DNA from: a virus
Taxonomy: Duplodnaviria > Caudoviricetes
IMG/VR virus record: IMGVR_UViG_3300030330_000237
Coordinates: 1-27,029 of that record
Reading direction: 5' to 3' (one strand)
DNA: 27,029 bases
The notes beneath the pieces were generated by a model, which was not told where the DNA came from, made no database searches, and worked only from the letters and a program-made list of their open reading frames with translations. A program made the translations under genes and the position numbers. Positions 1-8,220 of this stretch are shown here, one piece after another; the first letter of the stretch is position 1, and each line of letters starts with the position of its first letter.

Positions 1-129
1 TGTTTGTATTGCGTCAGGATCCACAGATCCAAGGTTAATCTCTAAAATTCTAATTAACCGGTTGAAAGTGTCGGCGCTTACCGTATCGCCGCTTGCTTGA
101 GGTAGCTGGGTTGGTAGCAGTTTACTCAT
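1..129 (-). CDS. 5' part of a hypothetical (probably virion) protein, running off the window edge
   Basis: ATG at 127-129 abuts the TAG of the 630-aa gene; frame is open to base 1: MSKLLPTQLPQASGDTVSADTFNRLIRILEINLGSVDPDAIQT. Not in the ORF track. Confidence 0.75.
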   Translation of the reverse strand, partial: MSKLLPTQLPQASGDTVSADTFNRLIRILEINLGSVDPDAIQT

Positions 130-2022
130 CTAGCGCCTACCAGAAGGCTGTATATCGACTCTTGTGCTACCTAACCTCCATTTGAAATCTTTTCTGTCGC
201 TCTCTGTGTTATCGTCATCAGATTCAAACCTAAGCACAAACTGTCTGCTGCGTGAACGTACATTACTAAACGTAGATGTTGAGGTAATTTGGGATGTTGA
301 GTCCGTGGATAGCGTTTGATTGTTAAAGTCTCGACGTTTGACGACTATGTTGACTGCACCGTTGGGACTTGTCCCCACATCATTTACAAACAATATATCA
401 GGCAATATTTTTTTTAAGAAAACAAAGTTTTCGCCGTCGCCTACATCTAAATCGCCCGATTCAACAAAAACACCGTCCATAGCGCTGTCGTCATCGTTGA
501 AACCTGTTTCGTGTTGGTATATAAATTTAACAGACGAGGCTTCACCGCCTGCTACTGGTTTATCTAAAACACCAGACGCCAACCAACTGTATCTTTCTAA
601 AGTGCCAACACTCCATGAGTTTTCTTCGTAATTGTAAATAACGTATCTCGATATCTCTCTTTCGTTATCGGCTATGGATGGGTAGAAGAACCATACCTCT
701 GAAAACTCTTCGTTTAAACCAGCAAAACATTTAAAGGCCTGACTTTCATCAAGATCTGAAAACACAAAGTCTTGCACCGAACAAGGCAGTTTTTGTATCG
801 ATCCGTTGTAATAATAAAAACCTTTTTTAGACATAAAGAATACACCCCTTGGCGTATTGGTAGCTGCTTTGGGCCCAATCAAACCTGCACCTTCATTAAT
901 TAGATTGATAGCAAAAGTAAGCGGTGGACCTATAAAATTCATGGAATAAACCGATGTGTCGGTCCATATCAATATTTCTTGTCTGGCTTTGAGACCTCCC
1001 ACTATGGAAGATCCGCTAGATAATCTAAGCGAACCGGCAGTGTTTGTGGCTAACGGTTCAAATTGTAATTCATTTTCTTGGTCGCTAAACGCAACCAACA
1101 TTGGATCTACGGATCCTGTTCTGCTGCTACCCGATATAGGATCAGCTCCTAATACTATCAAATGCCTATCTGTTTCTGAGGTAATAACTTGCAAACCTAC
1201 GGTCGGCACCAAGTTTGCTCCTGATACGCCGGATAATTCTAAGGCCCTTGTATTAGTGCCGTTATCTTCAACCCAACGGAATATGCCACCACCTCTTGGG
1301 TTTATAATTAGATTCTCTCCAAAATTATCGTGTGTCCATAGTCGCAACTGATTACTTGCTGTTAAACTCGTTGACGATCCCCAACCGCCAGCACCCCAAG
1401 TACCAACACCCCAACCCGTGGATTGCACGAAAAAATCTAATCCTGAATTGAGTTGATACGCCGCATCGGTAGCAGACCCACCGTTGCCCGAATCGCTTGA
1501 GTTTGCGGTTAGTGTTGCGCCTGTTGTGTCCTTTGCCGTTATAGTATAAGTGTTAGTGCCCGTGACTAGATCTATTTGATATTCTTGGTTCAGAGCGCTT
1601 GCAATGATGTTACCGCCCAAAGAAACTGCGCTAGAAAATGTAACAAAATCACCCTGTACTGCTCCGTGCGAGCTATCTGTGACGGTCAAAGTAGAAGAAC
1701 CGTTGGTCGCTGCAAATGTCGCAGTGTTAGTTGTATTTTTTCGTATAGGAGTAACGTCGTTATATGTTTCTCCCTCTTCTATGTAATATTTGTTGGTTGT
1801 ACCTATGCCTAAATATTTGGCACCAGCAAGTGAAATCCAAGCATGTAAAGCTCTTGCAGAGCCGATGATGGAGCTCGGTGAAAATTTTTCCCAACCACCT
1901 ATTTTTTCGACGCGACCCTTACGGAATCTAATTTTATCGCCGTCTACCCAACCACCTTCGTTTGAGTAATCGGTTTCTTCTTTATTGATTCCAGACTTAA
2001 AATTTAGCTTTGTTAGAGGCAT
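130..2022 (-). CDS. Tail hub/nozzle-like virion protein (P22 gp10 / T7 gp12-like, probable beta-propeller)
   Basis: 630 aa, beta-rich with G/S/T/W blade-like segments and a T/S-rich insert; lies downstream of the head-tail adaptors. Size and position fit a podovirus tail hub. Confidence 0.6.
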   Translation of the reverse strand: MPLTKLNFKSGINKEETDYSNEGGWVDGDKIRFRKGRVEKIGGWEKFSPSSIIGSARALHAWISLAGAKYLGIGTTNKYYIEEGETYNDVTPIRKNTTNTATFAATNGSSTLTVTDSSHGAVQGDFVTFSSAVSLGGNIIASALNQEYQIDLVTGTNTYTITAKDTTGATLTANSSDSGNGGSATDAAYQLNSGLDFFVQSTGWGVGTWGAGGWGSSTSLTASNQLRLWTHDNFGENLIINPRGGGIFRWVEDNGTNTRALELSGVSGANLVPTVGLQVITSETDRHLIVLGADPISGSSRTGSVDPMLVAFSDQENELQFEPLATNTAGSLRLSSGSSIVGGLKARQEILIWTDTSVYSMNFIGPPLTFAINLINEGAGLIGPKAATNTPRGVFFMSKKGFYYYNGSIQKLPCSVQDFVFSDLDESQAFKCFAGLNEEFSEVWFFYPSIADNEREISRYVIYNYEENSWSVGTLERYSWLASGVLDKPVAGGEASSVKFIYQHETGFNDDDSAMDGVFVESGDLDVGDGENFVFLKKILPDILFVNDVGTSPNGAVNIVVKRRDFNNQTLSTDSTSQITSTSTFSNVRSRSRQFVLRFESDDDNTESDRKDFKWRLGSTRVDIQPSGRR

Positions 2023-2028
2023 GGAAAG

Positions 2029-2037
2029 ATTCTAACA
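2029..2037 (-). promoter_or_regulatory. Putative extended -10 promoter (TGT-TAGAAT), 6 nt before the ATG; possible leaderless mRNA
   Basis: Minus strand reads TGTGTTAGAATCTTTCC-ATG with no Shine-Dalgarno sequence. Confidence 0.4.
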
Positions 2038-2051
2038 CAAGGTACTTTAGT

Positions 2052-2480
2052 TTAAGCCAATCTGATTATTGCTCCTGTGGCCGTAGCTGCTGGAAAAACA
2101 ATCGTAAAATCGCCAGCGGTAGAAGTCTTGTCACCACCAAAATCTATTGCGGCAACTGCTTTATCAGAGTTGGTGTCGTTATAAATCAAGCAACCTCTAG
2201 CGGTTATAGTTGCCGTGCTAAAGGTTAAATCAGCAAAGTCAACGATAGCAGTCGTACCGGATGCGACCGGCGTGACATTTGTTAAAGCGCTACCGCCTGA
2301 TGTGTAGTTAGTGCCAGACGCTTGACCTGTGGTGGTAAAAGCCGTGGTGCCTGCGCCTAATGTCGCAGAGCTAGTGTATAAAGCTAATTTAAAAGAATTA
2401 CCACTAGACGCTGTGAAATTATGCGTGCCAACCAAAAGCTCTTGTTTAAAACTTGTGCAAATCGCAGATGTTATAGCCAT
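2052..2480 (-). CDS. Virion structural protein (T/A/S/G-rich, beta-rich)
   Basis: 142 aa, AGGAG RBS upstream; FKLALYT...NYTSGG...VDFAD...ARGCLIYN pattern is typical of phage tail-associated proteins. Confidence 0.65.
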   Translation of the reverse strand: MAITSAICTSFKQELLVGTHNFTASSGNSFKLALYTSSATLGAGTTAFTTTGQASGTNYTSGGSALTNVTPVASGTTAIVDFADLTFSTATITARGCLIYNDTNSDKAVAAIDFGGDKTSTAGDFTIVFPAATATGAIIRLA

Positions 2481-2482
2481 AA

Positions 2483-2770
2483 TTAAAGCTCCTTTATTAT
2501 ATCGGCCATGTCATCATGGCCCTGTTGCTTTAATAAATTCACATACGTCACTTTTTTAGAATTTATTGCATTTATTATAGCTAGTAATATAACAGAGTAA
2601 ACTTGATTTTGAAAAGCAATAGCCTGTTGTTTGATATGTTCGGGAGCGCTTTCAGAGTATTCACATATTTTTTTTGTTGCTTGTGCTGCCCAAAACTCAG
2701 GATCGTGTCCTTTATTATCGGTCGTATGTATAGATATTTGTCCTAATTCGAAATCGCTATCAACGCTCAT
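2483..2770 (-). CDS. Hypothetical phage protein
   Basis: 95-aa ORF that tiles exactly between its neighbours on the coding strand. Confidence 0.75.
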   Translation of the reverse strand: MSVDSDFELGQISIHTTDNKGHDPEFWAAQATKKICEYSESAPEHIKQQAIAFQNQVYSVILLAIINAINSKKVTYVNLLKQQGHDDMADIIKEL

Positions 2771-2771
2771 A

Positions 2772-3491
2772 TCAACCTTTGTATGGTTCTGGCGGAACTA
2801 CATCTTCATTAATTTTTAATCCAACCTTTTCTAATTTTTCGTTGATTTCATCGTAAGGACCGATAATAAACTCACCGTTATGCGGCACGGCGACCAAAGG
2901 TTTTGCCAATCTATGAAAACCATAAAGTTTTTGTGTGGCCGGCACGTTAGAATCTAAGACCGTAGATCTTCCACTGATACCAACCACTATGTCTTCGCAC
3001 ATTAACTTACTAATCCAAAACTCAACACAAGCTCTTCCTGCCTCGGCAAAGTGCATATTTTCCTTGTAAGAAAAATCTATGCCGAATAGATCCACTCTTG
3101 CTACCTTGTTCCATAGAGCAAACGCAAGAGTAAAAGCCACAGTGTTATTCATGTAAGCACACTTAGTTGCGTTACATACTTCGCTAACCGGATATAGCAC
3201 GGGATTTTTGACTCTAGGATCTAACTCCGAAGTATAGATAGGCGTATCGGTTTCACGCATTAACTTTTTCATAGCCTCTGTTTGTTTACCAGCGTCGTCA
3301 GAATCAAAAAACCTACTCGCCGGATCTAATGCAAATATTCTATCTGCTGGATATACCAAGCCGGCTGAGTTGATGCACCAAATCTCGTCCCATGTTCTTG
3401 AGTTTTCTAAACCTATAGCAAAATCGACTTGTGACACACCCAAGCCTATGATTGCTACTTTTTTGCCTTGTAATTCTTGTATAGGTTCCAC
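2772..3491 (-). CDS. Rossmann-like transferase (MptE/Maf or sialyltransferase-like)
   Basis: Motifs KVAIIGLGVS, IWCINS, ADRIFALD and NTVAFTLAFAL...VDLFGIDFSY resemble the Maf/MptE/GT29/GT42-like fold. GTG start overlaps the upstream stop. Confidence 0.5.
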   Translation of the reverse strand: MEPIQELQGKKVAIIGLGVSQVDFAIGLENSRTWDEIWCINSAGLVYPADRIFALDPASRFFDSDDAGKQTEAMKKLMRETDTPIYTSELDPRVKNPVLYPVSEVCNATKCAYMNNTVAFTLAFALWNKVARVDLFGIDFSYKENMHFAEAGRACVEFWISKLMCEDIVVGISGRSTVLDSNVPATQKLYGFHRLAKPLVAVPHNGEFIIGPYDEINEKLEKVGLKINEDVVPPEPYKG

Positions 3492-4135
3492 TAAGTCACG
3501 CTTGAGCGGACTGAATCGTATCTATACTCGTCGCGTGTGCCGCGACCTTCTGATGTATTTTTCATTCTAGCTATCGCCTCCTTGAATCGCCCTTCAAACT
3601 GTGCAACGACATCTAGCGGTTCTTTGAGAAAGACTGCTCCTTCTACCAACGCTCCGTACAACAATGCGTCCGGATAATCCGTAGACAAAAATGTTGTACC
3701 ACTGTCACTACCACTTGTTAAAGAGGCTGGTTTGTGTAAATAATGAAGTTCAACCGTATACCCACTATCAGGTATCGGACTTACTTCAAAAGATGTTTCG
3801 TCAAACAAAGAGTAATACTTAGGTGTGCCTTGTGTTGTACCAGGCGAGAACTCTTTGATAAATGATGGATGTTTATAATCCAAGTAATCGTATGTTGATG
3901 AATTAATTATCGCCAAACTCATAGGCGCATAAAAATCTGTCGGCGTTGCTAAAAACCTAGTGCCAGAGGTTAGCGTACCTTGCACGTTTTTTCTTTGGTT
4001 AGGTAGTTGAACTAAGGAGAAGATTCTGTCTTCTGATTCTTGTATAAACCTGTCTAACTGACTTGTGAATGTGGACTCAGATACCTGTAAGTAATCTTGC
4101 ACAGCCGTTTTTAATGTAGCTAACGTAAAACTCAT
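3491..4135 (-). CDS. Head-tail adaptor-like protein
   Basis: 214 aa: N-terminal helix (LATLKTAVQDYL), GTPKYY, PIPDSGYTVELHY, YPDALLYGAL pattern typical of podovirus adaptors. Confidence 0.65.
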   Translation of the reverse strand: MSFTLATLKTAVQDYLQVSESTFTSQLDRFIQESEDRIFSLVQLPNQRKNVQGTLTSGTRFLATPTDFYAPMSLAIINSSTYDYLDYKHPSFIKEFSPGTTQGTPKYYSLFDETSFEVSPIPDSGYTVELHYLHKPASLTSGSDSGTTFLSTDYPDALLYGALVEGAVFLKEPLDVVAQFEGRFKEAIARMKNTSEGRGTRDEYRYDSVRSSVT

Positions 4136-4443
4136 GTTGTTATTGTAACCTCACCTAAACCTACACTTACAGAAAAAGTTGTTAGCACGGATCCTAATTT
4201 TCCATCGCCAACATTCGTGTAAACCAGAAAAACAGAGTTGTCGTCCGTCACATCTGGCCTTGCGTCTTTTAATGCTTGGGGATCTTGTTCAGCTGGTTTT
4301 GGCATAAGCTGTGGATGTTTAGCGTCCCACTGATCTGGACCTACTAATAATCCGTCCCACGTTCTCCGCATGTCTTTTAACTTGTACCTAAAACCTGTGA
4401 TGTCACAGATTCCGTAAGCAAATTTTCCTGATGCAAAAGCCAT
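4132..4443 (-). CDS. Hypothetical virion-associated protein
   Basis: 103 aa, CDITGFRY...WDGLLV...KHPQ...ARPD; translationally coupled at both ends. Confidence 0.75.
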   Translation of the reverse strand: MAFASGKFAYGICDITGFRYKLKDMRRTWDGLLVGPDQWDAKHPQLMPKPAEQDPQALKDARPDVTDDNSVFLVYTNVGDGKLGSVLTTFSVSVGLGEVTITT

Positions 4444-5138
4444 TATGCGTTGTTGTAGTTCCTCAAACTTGGTTCTATTCTAAAAGACGCTCTGTCCTCG
4501 TCTTGTGCTAAGGCTCTTTGAAACTCATCTTCGTATATTGCCTTCAAAGCAGCTGTTCTTTCTGGTGCTCTCTTCATAGATATATAGTATGCAAGACCAG
4601 CAGCAAGACAAGGAAAAAATCTAAAAGGTAAATCCAAAGTGTTTGCGCCAGCGTCGGCGTCGTCCATTCTCATTAAAACGTTCATAACAACCGTGTAAGT
4701 GTCTGATTTATCTGGTGTAGGCCACACAGAAATAGTTGGCGTGATTTGCTTGTTTATAAAAAACTGATTTGGTTTTCCTGTTGTTGATTTAGTCGTGATG
4801 TGAGTGTATTGAGCTCTACTTAATCTGGTCATGGGTATGTCTGTAGTCTCTGTGCCCACCGTTTCTCTTATAATCACGTCTAAAACATCAATAGGTGCCG
4901 TTGGGTTTGTGCTATCTATATCAAAAGTTTTTGTATCTTTGACCATGCTTATTGTTTTTTCTGTGATGGTCCATTGGTTCAAACCCCTATTGGCCCATTC
5001 TGCCAACATTAGGTTTAGACTTCTGTTTGCGCTTTTTAAATCGTAACCTGTTCTGAGTTCTAATCCGCAACGTTCGTAGGCCTCTTCAACATAATCAGCT
5101 ACGTCAAGCTCAAAATTTTTACTACTTGATGTAGCCAT
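4443..5138 (-). CDS. Head-tail adaptor / tail tubular protein A-like (P22 gp4 / T7 gp11-like)
   Basis: 231 aa with RSLNLMLAEWANRG, GKPNQFF, VWPTPD, CLAAGLAYY; located in the head-completion block. Confidence 0.65.
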   Translation of the reverse strand: MATSSSKNFELDVADYVEEAYERCGLELRTGYDLKSANRSLNLMLAEWANRGLNQWTITEKTISMVKDTKTFDIDSTNPTAPIDVLDVIIRETVGTETTDIPMTRLSRAQYTHITTKSTTGKPNQFFINKQITPTISVWPTPDKSDTYTVVMNVLMRMDDADAGANTLDLPFRFFPCLAAGLAYYISMKRAPERTAALKAIYEDEFQRALAQDEDRASFRIEPSLRNYNNA

Positions 5139-5260
5139 TATTTTTTCTTAGTTTTTTTCAGAGACTTTTCTATTTGTGCCGCTTGTTTTGCGTGCAGCCT
5201 AGACGCGCCTTTTAATTCTTTAATTAATTTTCTTTTTTGTGCTGTTGTTAAATCTGCCAT
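5138..5260 (-). CDS. Small basic protein (40 aa)
   Basis: MADLTTAQKRKLIKELKGASRLHAKQAAQIEKSLKKTKKK; TGATG and TAATG overlaps fill the gap exactly. Below the ORF-track cutoff. Confidence 0.75.
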   Translation of the reverse strand: MADLTTAQKRKLIKELKGASRLHAKQAAQIEKSLKKTKKK

Positions 5261-5949
5261 CATTCATCCTCTATTCCGTCACTATACAAGTTATTAAATG
5301 TTATATCAGGATCCATGTAACTTTCATGTCCCTCAGCTGAGTGCACCCACTGACTTGGTGAAAAGTCGGGAGCGCCTTCGCCCACACGCCATAACGCAGG
5401 ATTTGTCGCTCTCACTCTATTGTTCGGTAATGCAACAATATTGCCTGTGTAGTCACCGGCGTCAGTTAAATATAACACATGTGATTGCTTATGTTGAGCC
5501 GGATCATCGGCTATGCTGTGTTCTGTGTAATCTACGGTGAACATGTATCTGCCGGTATAAAACTCTCCACCTATTTTGCAGATCCAAGGAGACGAGCTAA
5601 CTCTATCCATGGTTATAACCGAGTGATGATGGCTCAAGCAGTCCCAAGGTTGCGCTAGGTGATCTTCCATGGGTTCTGGCCATTTAGCTAAGGGTATGTC
5701 GGCTACTAGCGCCTCGATAGGCATACGGGCCCACATAGCGCCACCGTGTACGTTTTCGTCAGGGTAATCTTCGAAGTCGGTTTCACAACCAGTAAAAACC
5801 ACTTGAAAAGAAAGAGACCTGTCAGGAATGGTGTTTACAGCAAACGCTAAAGCGTGCAAATACTCGCCATGATAGTTTTGGTGGTTAGCCGTAAACTCTT
5901 TACGAACCCAGCATTTAAACTGAGGTATGTTTGAAATTAAATACGCCAC
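5260..5949 (-). CDS. Hypothetical phage protein (His/Trp/Cys-rich)
   Basis: 229 aa, GTG start with AGGAG RBS; function not recognised. Confidence 0.8.
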   Translation of the reverse strand: MAYLISNIPQFKCWVRKEFTANHQNYHGEYLHALAFAVNTIPDRSLSFQVVFTGCETDFEDYPDENVHGGAMWARMPIEALVADIPLAKWPEPMEDHLAQPWDCLSHHHSVITMDRVSSSPWICKIGGEFYTGRYMFTVDYTEHSIADDPAQHKQSHVLYLTDAGDYTGNIVALPNNRVRATNPALWRVGEGAPDFSPSQWVHSAEGHESYMDPDITFNNLYSDGIEDE

Positions 5950-5972
5950 TTAATTTAACTCCTATAATTTTT

Positions 5973-6416
5973 TTATTTTCCGTATAAGCCTCTGCCTTTC
6001 GCTCTCATTTTAGTGCTTTTCATAGCTCCGCCGTTAGACTTTCCTTTGGTGCGTTTCATAGCTCCGCCGTTGGCCATACCTTTGGTGCCTTTTAAAACAG
6101 CCGCTTGACCTGCCATTCTAGTGCCACCGCCCATGAGAGCTGACATAACAGATGCAGGCATATTACTAAAACCTGTAGCAGATCTTTCAGAACGTGCCGC
6201 AGCACCACCATTAGCCATGCCTTTCGTTCCTTTCATACCACCGCCAGCAGCTTTATATTTAGTACCTTTCATGCCACCGCCTCCGGCTCTCATTTTAGTA
6301 CCTTTCATGCCGCCACCGCCAGCTCTCATTTTAGTACCTTTCATACCACCGCCTCCGGCACGCATTTTGGTACCTTTCATACCTCCGCCTCCGGCTCTGT
6401 ATTTAGTTCCTTTCAT
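5973..6416 (-). CDS. Basic G/K/M-rich tandem-repeat protein
   Basis: Five MKGTK[MY][RK]A[GA]GGG units plus degenerate C-terminal units; AAGGAG RBS. Confidence 0.8.
   Translation of the reverse strand: MKGTKYRAGGGGMKGTKMRAGGGGMKGTKMRAGGGGMKGTKMRAGGGGMKGTKYKAAGGGMKGTKGMANGGAAARSERSATGFSNMPASVMSALMGGGTRMAGQAAVLKGTKGMANGGAMKRTKGKSNGGAMKSTKMRAKGRGLYGK
6222..6416 (-). repeat. 36-bp coding tandem repeat, five full copies plus a partial sixth
   Basis: Consensus ATGAAAGGNACNAAA(ATG/TAY)(AGA)GCNGGNGGNGGNGGN; copies differ mostly at synonymous positions. Confidence 0.9.
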
Positions 6417-6418
6417 TG

Positions 6419-6733
6419 TTAGCTCCTTCCGTATAAACCCATATTAGATTTTGATATTATCATACCACCTCTCGATGCAAAAGTTTTCACATTTGTTGGT
6501 TTACCACCAACACCCTGTTTTTTTGCTCTTTTACGAGACACCGCTGATTTTATTTGTGATTTGGTCATACGTCTAGCTTTAGCAGCCGGCACGCATTTTG
6601 GGTATTTTCTTTTTCTGTCCGCTTTTAACTTAGTCCTTCCACATTTAGCAAAGCCGCCACCTTTTTTTGGCGCACCAATGTCCACCCAATCTTGTTGGAA
6701 CCACTTGGTTAGTCCTCCGCTAGTCTTTGCCAT
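6419..6733 (-). CDS. Small basic protein, probably virion-internal
   Basis: 104 aa, K/R-rich, KWFQQDWVDI...CGR...YPKCVP. Confidence 0.8.
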   Translation of the reverse strand: MAKTSGGLTKWFQQDWVDIGAPKKGGGFAKCGRTKLKADRKRKYPKCVPAAKARRMTKSQIKSAVSRKRAKKQGVGGKPTNVKTFASRGGMIISKSNMGLYGRS

Positions 6734-7010
6734 GTGCTTTTCTTATTGCTTGTTTACCTTTTTTGAAAACGTTGGCTATGCCTGTTTTGCCCATAACTTT
6801 AGCTCGTTGTTCGCCAACTGTGAGTATTTGTATTTTGCGTGCGTACGGTTTCTTGATTCTTTTGACTTTGTTTACCGTAGCGTTTGCATCTTTCATGGTT
6901 GCAAACTTAATACTGACGGTATCTTTTGGGTTTTCATCGGTGTATAACCTTCTACCGGATCCTTTAGGTTTTTTGCCTGTGCCTACTTTAGGATCTCTTT
7001 TCTTTTTCAT
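6720..7010 (-). CDS. Small basic protein
   Basis: 96 aa, K-rich, GRRLYTDENPKDTV. Confidence 0.8.
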   Translation of the reverse strand: MKKKRDPKVGTGKKPKGSGRRLYTDENPKDTVSIKFATMKDANATVNKVKRIKKPYARKIQILTVGEQRAKVMGKTGIANVFKKGKQAIRKAHGKD

Positions 7011-7153
7011 TTCCTTTTGTATTTTGGACTTTTACGTTTTGTGCCGTCGGCTCTTTTTATTAGACCTCTAGCTTTTGCAGATGCACGCTCACTAAAACCA
7101 AGTTTTTTGCCTTGTTTTATTTTGCGCTTTATTGTGCTTGCCTTAGCAACCAT
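7007..7153 (-). CDS. Small basic protein (48 aa)
   Basis: MVAKASTIKRKIKQGKKLGFSERASAKARGLIKRADGTKRKSPKYKRK; TAATG and ATGA overlaps fill the gap exactly. Not in the ORF track. Confidence 0.75.
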   Translation of the reverse strand: MVAKASTIKRKIKQGKKLGFSERASAKARGLIKRADGTKRKSPKYKRK

Positions 7154-7509
7154 TAGGACCTTGGCACTCTAGTTTTTTTTCGTTTGCTGTCCATCATAGC
7201 GCCACAACCTCTGCCCTGTAGCATCATCACCTCACCGCCGTTACGCATAAAACCCATTTTATTTCTTACTTTTTTTGGCAGCTTTGGCAAACCTTTGTTA
7301 TCTGCTGGTATTGGTTTTAAACTCATCTCGCCACCTTCTGCTTTTTTAGTGCCTTTATACTTACCGCCCATTCTTTTGTACTCAGAAACCATATAAGCAT
7401 TTGCATAAGCGCTAGGATATACTTTAAATTTGCGTTTAGCCTTAGCTTTTGCTTTTGCATATAAACTAGGATTAGCGACGTTTTTTGGGGTTTTACTTTT
7501 TTCTGCCAT
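7153..7509 (-). CDS. Small basic protein
   Basis: 118 aa, NPSLYAKAK...YPSAYAN...YKRMGGKY, with internal KAEGG and MRNGG motifs. Confidence 0.8.
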   Translation of the reverse strand: MAEKSKTPKNVANPSLYAKAKAKAKRKFKVYPSAYANAYMVSEYKRMGGKYKGTKKAEGGEMSLKPIPADNKGLPKLPKKVRNKMGFMRNGGEVMMLQGRGCGAMMDSKRKKTRVPRS

Positions 7510-7515
7510 AATTAT

Positions 7516-7809
7516 TTACCAATTTTTGCACGACCAATAACCTGCTGTAAATACATCTTTTTTCTTTTGTACCGCATCGCAGTTATGTCTTGCTCTAAAA
7601 CTTTTTCTACGCGCAGGCTGGTCCTTTTTTATACTTAAATTAGGATCTCCGTAACGTACAATTTTTACTTGATCGCCTTTCTTCGCTAAAACTGCAAATT
7701 TTTTGTTTTTACCAGGCGTTCGTTTTTGTTTGTTGTAACCAGAAAAAGTCTCCCCGCGATAAGTGAGCCTACCGCTGGGAGTCCTTTTTACATCTTTAGT
7801 CGTTGCCAT
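7516..7809 (-). CDS. Small basic protein
   Basis: 97 aa, KIVRYGDP...RRKSFRARHNC...AGYWSCKNW. Confidence 0.8.
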   Translation of the reverse strand: MATTKDVKRTPSGRLTYRGETFSGYNKQKRTPGKNKKFAVLAKKGDQVKIVRYGDPNLSIKKDQPARRKSFRARHNCDAVQKKKDVFTAGYWSCKNW

Positions 7810-8210
7810 TAATAGTTTTTTGTCAAAACTAATATGATCGAATAAGCATCGCCATTACTGTGTCCAACAGTAGTAAAATCTATATCTCCTGTAACTCCAG
7901 AGCCAGCGTTGTTAGGTATACCTGTAAATAAATCGTAATATTCATCACCGGTACTGTCCGCTGGTAGTGGAATTGCAAGAACATTGGTTGTAGCGTCAAA
8001 CTCTAGGTCCACGCCCATACCTCTACAGGCCCAATATATTCTTGATATAGAAACGCTAGTACAAGCCTCACCTTTACTATTAGTAGTTAATGCCGAAACA
8101 TCAACTTTTTTTACAGATGATTCTCCTGTACCGTCACTCTCGTTCGTAAACTTGAGTATGGCGGTTCTTTCTCCGTCTTGAATGGTCTGACTTGTTACTG
8201 TATCAGCCAT
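7809..8210 (-). CDS. Virion structural protein
   Basis: 133 aa, acidic and beta-rich, AAGGAG RBS, inside the structural block. Confidence 0.65.
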   Translation of the reverse strand: MADTVTSQTIQDGERTAILKFTNESDGTGESSVKKVDVSALTTNSKGEACTSVSISRIYWACRGMGVDLEFDATTNVLAIPLPADSTGDEYYDLFTGIPNNAGSGVTGDIDFTTVGHSNGDAYSIILVLTKNY

Positions 8211-8220
8211 GGTTTACTCC

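Noticed and set aside
6222-6416. 36-bp repeats as a CRISPR array
   Set aside because: Contiguous with no spacers, synonymous variation, and no cas genes.
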